From positions 37,262,001 to 37,326,000 of the forward strand of contig OZ024757.1 of assembly GCA_964016885.1 (NCBI GenBank): a stretch of DNA of 64,000 bases, written 5' to 3'. A program made the position numbers and the translations under genes. This document shows positions 52,821 through 61,216 of the stretch, piece after piece (position 1 is the first letter of the stretch; every line of letters starts with the position of its first letter). The DNA is from Eledone cirrhosa (Eukaryota). A model generated the notes under the pieces. It did not search any database, was not told the origin of the DNA, and worked only from the letters and a program-made list of their open reading frames with translations.

Positions 52821-55800
52821 GATGACCGCTGGGTAAAGAAGTGCCTAGAAATCGAAGTAGAAGGAAGACGCAATAGAGTTAGACCACGAAAAACATGGGC
52901 GGAGGTGGTGAGAGCAGACCTCAGATCGCTGAAACTCACCAAGGAGATGACGAAGGACCGTGACAAGTGGAGAGATGCTGTGCTGAATAGGACCCGTCCA
53001 ACCCTTTCAAGCAGGGAGAAGCGGACGTCAAATGATGATGATGAGGAATGGAATGTAGTGTGTGGGAGAGAAGACTGCACTGGTAACGACATGTGTTGTT
53101 AATGTGCATGAATGGTGAAGCATGGATGAGCAGACTTACTTTAGTTGGTATTGTGTAAATAGTTCAGATTCTGGAAAATATTCACTCAACAGAGTTTTTA
53201 TGTGGTCTTTTCGGTGGTGGTTTCTTATTTTGCCTGTGTCTAAGATAGTATTTAGAAACAGAGACAAATATAAAATTATTATTATTATTATTACTTTTAT
53301 TATAAAGGGAGGTGGATTGGCAGTATCGGTAGGTCGGACACCATGCTTTGCAACATAGAGTTACGCCCCTTTATGGTCTGAGTTCAAATCCCGCTGAGGT
53401 TAACTTTGCCTTTCATCCTTACGGGGTCGATAAAATAAAGTACCAGTAATACAGCTGGGATAATTGCTGGCCTTGTGCCAAAAGTAGAAACAATTATTAC
53501 TTTTATTATAAACAGAATTTCTCCTGTACACCAATTTCTATGGCTGGATGACCTCCTAACGCCAAACACATTTACAGAGTGTACTGGATGCTTTTTGTCA
53601 TGTCACTTGCACGACCACTTTACAATGTGGACTGGGTGCTTTTTGTTATGACTCCTACACGACCACTTTACAGCATGGACTGGATGATTTTTATTGTGAC
53701 TCCTACACGACTACTTTACAATGAGTACTGGGTGCTTTTTGACATGACACCTATATGACCACTTTACTGTGTGAATAAATCAATAAATAAATAAATAAAT
53801 AGATAGAATTACTCACCAGCTCCTTCGTCAATGACCGGGGGGTTAATTTCCTTCTCAGGTATACAACACTCGAAGAAAGAAATCTTACAATCCAGGTTAT
53901 TATCAAGTTTAGAGTTGAGCCAACTTTCAGTGCAGTTGTTTCCCTTCTTAAACTGTCCACTTATACAGCAGAAATCTGGTACAATACAATAAGAATAATC
54001 ATTTCTTTTATTGGCCACAAGAGCCCAAAACATAGTGACTGAAACCAGTAAAACGGCAGTGCCCCAGCATGACCACAGTCTAGTGACTGAAACCAATAAA
54101 AGAGCAGTGCCCCAGCATGGCCACAGTCTGGTGACTGAAACTGGTAAAAGAGCAGTGCCCCAGCATGGCCACAGTCTGGTAAATGAAACTGGTAAAAGAC
54201 TAAACAGTCAAATACATAAAAATTAACTAAGATTCGTATTTAGACTACCTGATCTTTTGGTTCGTTTTAAAACCTGAGATTTTGGAACTCTCTTCAAAGC
54301 ACAAACCATATTGACGGGAACTGGATTTGGGGTAGCAGACAAACCTCTTGTTATTATATCAAAACCTGAATCCTTGAAATAGATAAATAGATAGATATAT
54401 AGGTAGGTAGGTAGGTAGGTAGGTAGGTAGATATATAGGTAGGTAGGTAGGTAGGTAGATAGTTAGGTAGGTAGGTAGGGAGGTAGGTAGATATATAGGT
54501 AGGTAGGTAGATATATAGGTAGTTAGATATGTAGGTAGGTAGGTAGATATATAGGTAGGTAGGTAGATATATAGGTAGGTAGGTATATAGGTAGGTAGGT
54601 ATATATATATAGATAGGTAGATAGAGAGATAGTTATATAGGAAGGTAAGTAGGTAGATAGTTAGATAGATATATAGGTAGGTAGATAGATAAATAGACAG
54701 ACAGACAGGTAGATAGATAGTAATTAACAATACTTAGTTTTTGTCTTTGTTTTGTAACATCACGACGACGACGAACAACAACACCACCACCATCTCCACC
54801 AGCAGCAACAACAACAAAAAAACACCCCGACCACCGCCAACAACAACACCACTATCACCACCACCAACAACAACATCACCACCATTGTCACTACTACCAA
54901 CACCAACAACAATAACAACACCAAAAATCTATTGTGAAACTCACATAAAACACTTGTCCGCCATTTAAACCACCTCCTGGAGAACAACCAACATTGGATA
55001 GTTTCATCATCTCTTTCACCTGAAGAAGAAGAAGAAGAAGAAGAATGTGTAGTCAATCTAAGGCCAGTTATATATACATGACATGTGATAGCCTGGTCAA
55101 TCTAAGACCAGTTATATATACATGACATGTGATAGCCTGGTCAATCTAAGACCCGTTATATTGTTTGTGGCATATATTAATGACATAGATGCCAACTTAC
55201 AGAATGCCACGGTACTAAAATATGCAGATGACATCAAGCTGTACCTTGAAATCAAAAGGACTGATCCTGAAATTTACAACTCTTTCCTACAATCAGACCT
55301 GGACACAATGCAGCAATGGATCACAGACTGGCAACTGAAGCTGGCTGTGGACAAGTGTACCACCATGCATTTTGGAAGGAAAAATCCAGCGTCCACATAC
55401 TCCCTCCACAACACTGACATCAAAAAGTCCTCTTGTGAACGTGACCTGGGCATTACTGTCAGCAACGATTTGCGTTGGACAAAGCATGTCTCTAAGATTG
55501 TCAAGAAGGCCGAGGGTGTCTTGGCATCACTCAGCAAGACCTTTGTTAGCCGCTCTCCAGCCATCTATTTAAAACTGTATACAGCTATGGTGCGACCACA
55601 CTTGGAATTCGCATCATCAGTCTGGAACCCCTATCTTGCTCGGAACATTGACCTCCTGGAAACTGTTCAGAGACGTGCAACCAAGCGCATACCCTCCATC
55701 AGACACCTACCATACTCTGAACGCCTTGCTTCCCTGGGCATGGATTCATTGAAGCTCCGACGTCTGGCAATGGACTTGGTGAATACCCACAAAGTTTTTA

Positions 55801-56302
55801 ACCATCTCGCCAACTGCAACCCTGAGCGCCTCTTTGATCTCCATGTGTCTAACACACGTGGACATGCCTACAAGATAAGAAAACAGCACAGCTCCCATGA
55901 CTTTCGCAGACATTTTTTCACGCTCAGAGTTGCTGAAGCATGGAACAAACTGCCTGCGTCAATTGTTAGCTGCCGAGACACTGCATCCTTTAAGACACTC
56001 ATGCTTCCCAAAATACGCCAAAACTACACCTGATGTACCCCTTCCATACACATGCACACATGTGTGTATCATGACTCGTGCACTGTTCATTTTACTGATG
56101 TTTGTGCATTGCCCTATGTACTGTACATGCACTTTTTTGATGAGTTGTGGTGCACCTGGGCACTGTGCACAATATTTCGTTATTGTTATTATATCATGAC
56201 TCATACACTGTTTATTTTCCTGACATTTGTACATTATTCTATGTACTATACATGCACCTTTGATGAGTTGTAGTGCACCTGAGCACTGTACACAATAATT
56301 TC

Positions 56303-56334
<32 letters not shown>

Positions 56335-59300
56335 GACATCTGATAGCCTGGTCAATCTAAGACCCGTTATATATATATATGACATCTGATAGCCTGGTCA
56401 ATCTAAGACCAGTTATATATATATGACATCTGATAGCCTGGTCAATCTAAGACCAGTTATATATACATGACATGTGATAGCCTGGTCAATCTAAGACCAG
56501 TTTTATATATATATGACATGTGATAGTCTGGTCAATCTAAGACCAGTTATATATATAAGGACATCTGATAGCCTGGTCACACACTCACACACACAGCCTT
56601 ACCATAGTTTTGAGTGTTGAAATAGTCAAGCTTAATAACATATATATGTTCACACTCATATAAAAGTAACTTGAAATATTAAAGATGTAATACTTACAAA
56701 TTTAGTAGTAAGTCGGTTCTTATCATTAAGAAGATATACTGCATTGTCAACAGCAGATAGGGCCACAAAAGCCCCAGGGTCTCCCGTTACTTCCATCTCA
56801 ACATTTGTTAAGGGATGATAATATTTAGTGTTTGAAGTTGTTGAAAGTTTCAACTGCAATTTTAAAGGTGGAAAAATAGAATAAGAATTTGTATGTATAA
56901 TCATCATCCTCATCACCGTTTTATGTCCGTTCTTCCACGCTAGCATGGGTTAGACGGTGTCTAAATATATGTATATATACAACAGAACAACTTGTCTAAC
57001 CCATGCTAGTGTGGAAAAATGGATGTTAAACAGTGATGATGATGATATATATATATATCGTGTCATGGGTTTCCATAGAAAGAATGAAAGGAAAAGGCTG
57101 CTCTATGATAAAATATATAACATTTTCTAATTAATTAGATTTAATAAACAAACCATATGATGTTATTGAATAAGATGTGAAAAAAAAAAGTTTTGACAAA
57201 CCTCTCGTCCTTTGCAAACATCTTGCACAGAGAACGCTCTCGAATCAGCAACAATTTCATAATTTCTTATATAATAGACAATCACTCGTCCAATAGGAAT
57301 CAAATCTTTAGAGACAGAGAAGTAACTCGTCCAATAAGATTTCTGATAAGGTAGGGTGTAGTGCTTCACGATTTTACCATTTCCAATCATCTGCAAGAAT
57401 TTCAGTAAAGACAATAGATAAATAAAAAAACAACAACAGCAACATTTTAACCCTTTAGCATTTAAACCAGCCATTTTCAGCCAGAATTCTCGCACCTCTT
57501 TCTGTTCAAACTGGTAGTAACCAGCCATATCTGGTTAGAATTCTCTCCTTTCTTTTCAAATTCGCTGTAGCCAGCGGTATCTGGCCAGAATTCTATCACC
57601 TCTTTCTGCTCAAACTGGCCATAACTGGCTGCTCATACTGATATTAAGTTATTGTTCTTAAAATAAATAACATCAAAATCTCGTAGATTCTATATTATGC
57701 GAGATAATTATGTAAAATAAAGCCTTTATAACAGAAATACAATAGTAAATATAGAGTAATGTTTGTGAAAAGGTTAAAGGTGAATTTTATATTGAAGAAT
57801 TGAACAACCATAAGTAAGAAGGAGAAAAAAAGGTAAAATTTCTTACCATGAAATGAAGAGGAGTCTTGAAGGATTTTCGTGTTGTTTTAACTTTCATCCT
57901 TATTTCATCTCCAACCTTGAAACAACAACACACACAAAAAGGAACAAAAGCAATAATGATAATTTTTAATATAAGCACAAGGCCAGCAATTTGAACTGGG
58001 AAGAAGGGAAAATTCAATCACATCAATTACATCAACCCCCAGTATTTAACTGGTACTTTTATTTAATCAATAATCAATTCCAGAAGAATGAAAGGAAAAT
58101 TTGACCTCGGTGGGATTTGAACTCAGGCTGTAATAATCCAGAACAAAGCCCACTACAAAGTGTTTTATTCAATGTTTGAATAATTCTGCCAATCCACCAC
58201 CCTTAAATTTCTAGCATGGAGAGTTATAGTAATCTTTCAGGCAATATTGAAGCCTTGATGGCAGATACAGGCAACAAGAAGAAGAAGCGCTTTAAGGTAA
58301 TTTTCCCTTGCTTAAAATGGGTTAGTTTTGTAGTCTAATAACAATCACTTTATGGCAATTTTCCCCACTAAAACAGGGGTTGTCTTTGTGGTCTAACAAC
58401 AAGCATTTTGAGGCAATTTTCTCCACTAAAACAGGGGTTAGATTTATGAACTAACAACAATCACTTTAAGGAAATTTCCCCCAATAAAAGAGGGGTTAGC
58501 TATGTGGGCTAACAACAAGCAATTTGAGGCAATTTTCCCCACTAAAACAGGGGCTAGATGTGTGGACTAACAACAATCACTTTAAGGGAATTTCCCTCAC
58601 TAAATGAGGGGTTAGCTTTGTGGACTAACAGCAAGCAATTTGAGGGAATTTCCCCCACTAAAACAGGGGTTAGATTTGTGGACTAACAACAAGCAATTTG
58701 AGGCAACTTTCTGATGTTCTAACAACTCTACCAATTCCGTACCTGTGATACAGAATAACAAGAGTTATTATTACTTACCTTATAACCATCTTCAGGTATA
58801 TTCAAAGTCAAAAGCAAGAATGTGCCACTCTGTGATTTGTAGCTAGCAACCTGCCACTGTTCAGTTGCCTGGTCTTCCATAGTCAGGTGGTAGTCTGCTG
58901 TGGTGACCTGAAGGAGAACATTTACCAAAATGTGGATTTATGGCATTGATACAGAAACTGTCATTTTAAAGTCAGACTAAAGTGTGTGTGTCAGTGTGTG
59001 TGTGTGTCAGTGTGTGTGTGTTTGTGTGTCTGTGTGTGTGTGTCGGTGTTTGTGTGTTTGTGTGTGTTTGTGTGCATATCGGTGTGTGTGTTGGTGTGTG
59101 TTGGTGTGTGTTTGTGTTTGTGTATGTGTTTGTTTGTGTGTGTTGGTGTGTGTTTGTGTGTGTGCGTTGGTGTATGTGTGTCAGTGTGTGTTGGTGTGTG
59201 TGTCAGTGTATGTGTCAGTAAATGTGTGTCAGTGTGTCAGTGTATGTGTCAGTGTCAGTGTGTCAGTGTAAACCAACTCTATATTACAACTGCTACTCAC

Positions 59301-61162
59301 TGTAATAGTAAACTCTCTCCAGAACTTTGTTGTGTTAATGACAACCTGTTTCAAACTACTTCTCGATTCACATTTTTCCTTATAAAAATCTATGCTCCCT
59401 CCTCTTGTAATTGCTTTATATTCAATATAGAACGGTAGTCGGTGCATTTTGGAACCATTGATGTAGAGTGTCTCAACCTTAAACATAACAACAATTGAAA
59501 ACAGGCTTTTACTGTTATTATATATCATGGAATATAATAGTTAGGAGTGAGGTGTGGAGATATGGGTTATGAATGTGAAGAGTGGGGAGCTGCAGTGACT
59601 GCGGTGGTGGTGGTAGAGTTAGGGATGGATGTTGTGAAGAGAGTTAGAATGAGATGGTTGGGTCATGTGTTGAGGAAGGATGAAAGTGACTGGTGGAGAG
59701 GAGATGCAGATAATAGATCCAGTGATGGTAATGATGGGTGGTGATGGTGACAGTGATGGTACGTGGTAGTGGTGGGGATGGTGGTGATGATGATGGCGTT
59801 GATGGCGATGATGGTGGTGGTGATGATGATTATGGTGTTGATGGGTCATGGGTGAAGATTATGAGGGTGATCAGACCTTCAAAAGATAAACACATTATCA
59901 AGTAACACACACACGATACACACACAACACACACACACACACAATAGACACAACACACACACACACAATAGACACAACACACACACAATAGACACACCAC
60001 ACAATACACACCAAACATACAACATATTTAAATAAAATTAGAAATAGAATGAGACATACTTGGACTGTATATGGGAGACCAGGTTTAAAGAATGTCTGAG
60101 AATCAGTTAAATCAAATTTATATGGAGATGAAACAAATTTTGCTGATTCATCTGTTTTAGTTTCAATAATGGCTGAGTCCCTTTCCACGACATTAGCGAT
60201 GACCTTGAACACTGACCCCAAAGGTACTGGTTTGGTTGGTAATAGAATAACAATGGCAGTTTTTCCTTGATATAGCTGCAATAAAAAAGTGTTTAGGAAT
60301 AATTTAATTATAAATAATATATATATATATATATATTTTATAATATATATATATATAAATTGGAGGCACATGGCTTAGTGGTTAGAGCATTAGCCTTGCA
60401 ATCGAAAGGTTGTGAGTTCAATTCTCAGACCAGGTGATGTGTTGTTTCCTTGAGCAAAACACTTTATTTCACATTGCTCCAGTTTACTCAGCTGTAGAAG
60501 TGAGATGATAGGGACTGGGGTCCATATCATTCCACTGCAAAGTGGTCATGGAGGTGCCACGGAAAAAAAGCACCCAGCACTCACTGTAAATGAGGTTGGT
60601 GTTAGGAAGGGCATCCAGCTGTAGAAATCAAGCCAGAATCAGTTCCTGTCCCACCCTTGCAAGCAGGGAAAAGCGGATGTAAAATGATGATGATGATGTT
60701 ATATATGTATTATAAAGTATATATATATATATATATATACTTTCTAAAGTATTTCAGCTCTTTATTATATTTGTTATTTGAGCTACTCTCATACCTGTAA
60801 TTGGATAATATTTAATATTACCCACATTTTTTATGTATATATAATACATATTAATACATATTGTTATAGTTGGGGAGGGTCATACTGTTGTAATGATATT
60901 GCCAGAAATAATAACAGAACACACTCACTGTTTGGTTGGTTTTCGCTTCTGTATCTTTTATATCTCCACAGTTAATTTATTTGGCAATCAATGTTTATCA
61001 TTGATTGACCAGTAGTTAAAAATACAGAAAGTTCTTTCGTTGCACATCTGCAACATCATCAGTGGTACTTTTATGTTTCCTCCCATTGTATTGTATGTGA
61101 ACACCATTTTTATTTTAATTAATTAATTTATTTATTCTTGTCTCTGTCTCTGCGCATGCATT

Positions 61163-61216
<54 letters not shown>

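Noticed and set aside
55122-56033. 303-aa ORF as a host gene or complete reverse transcriptase
   Set aside because: 5'-truncated LINE; the start codon comes from the flanking minisatellite and the N-terminal RT motifs are missing
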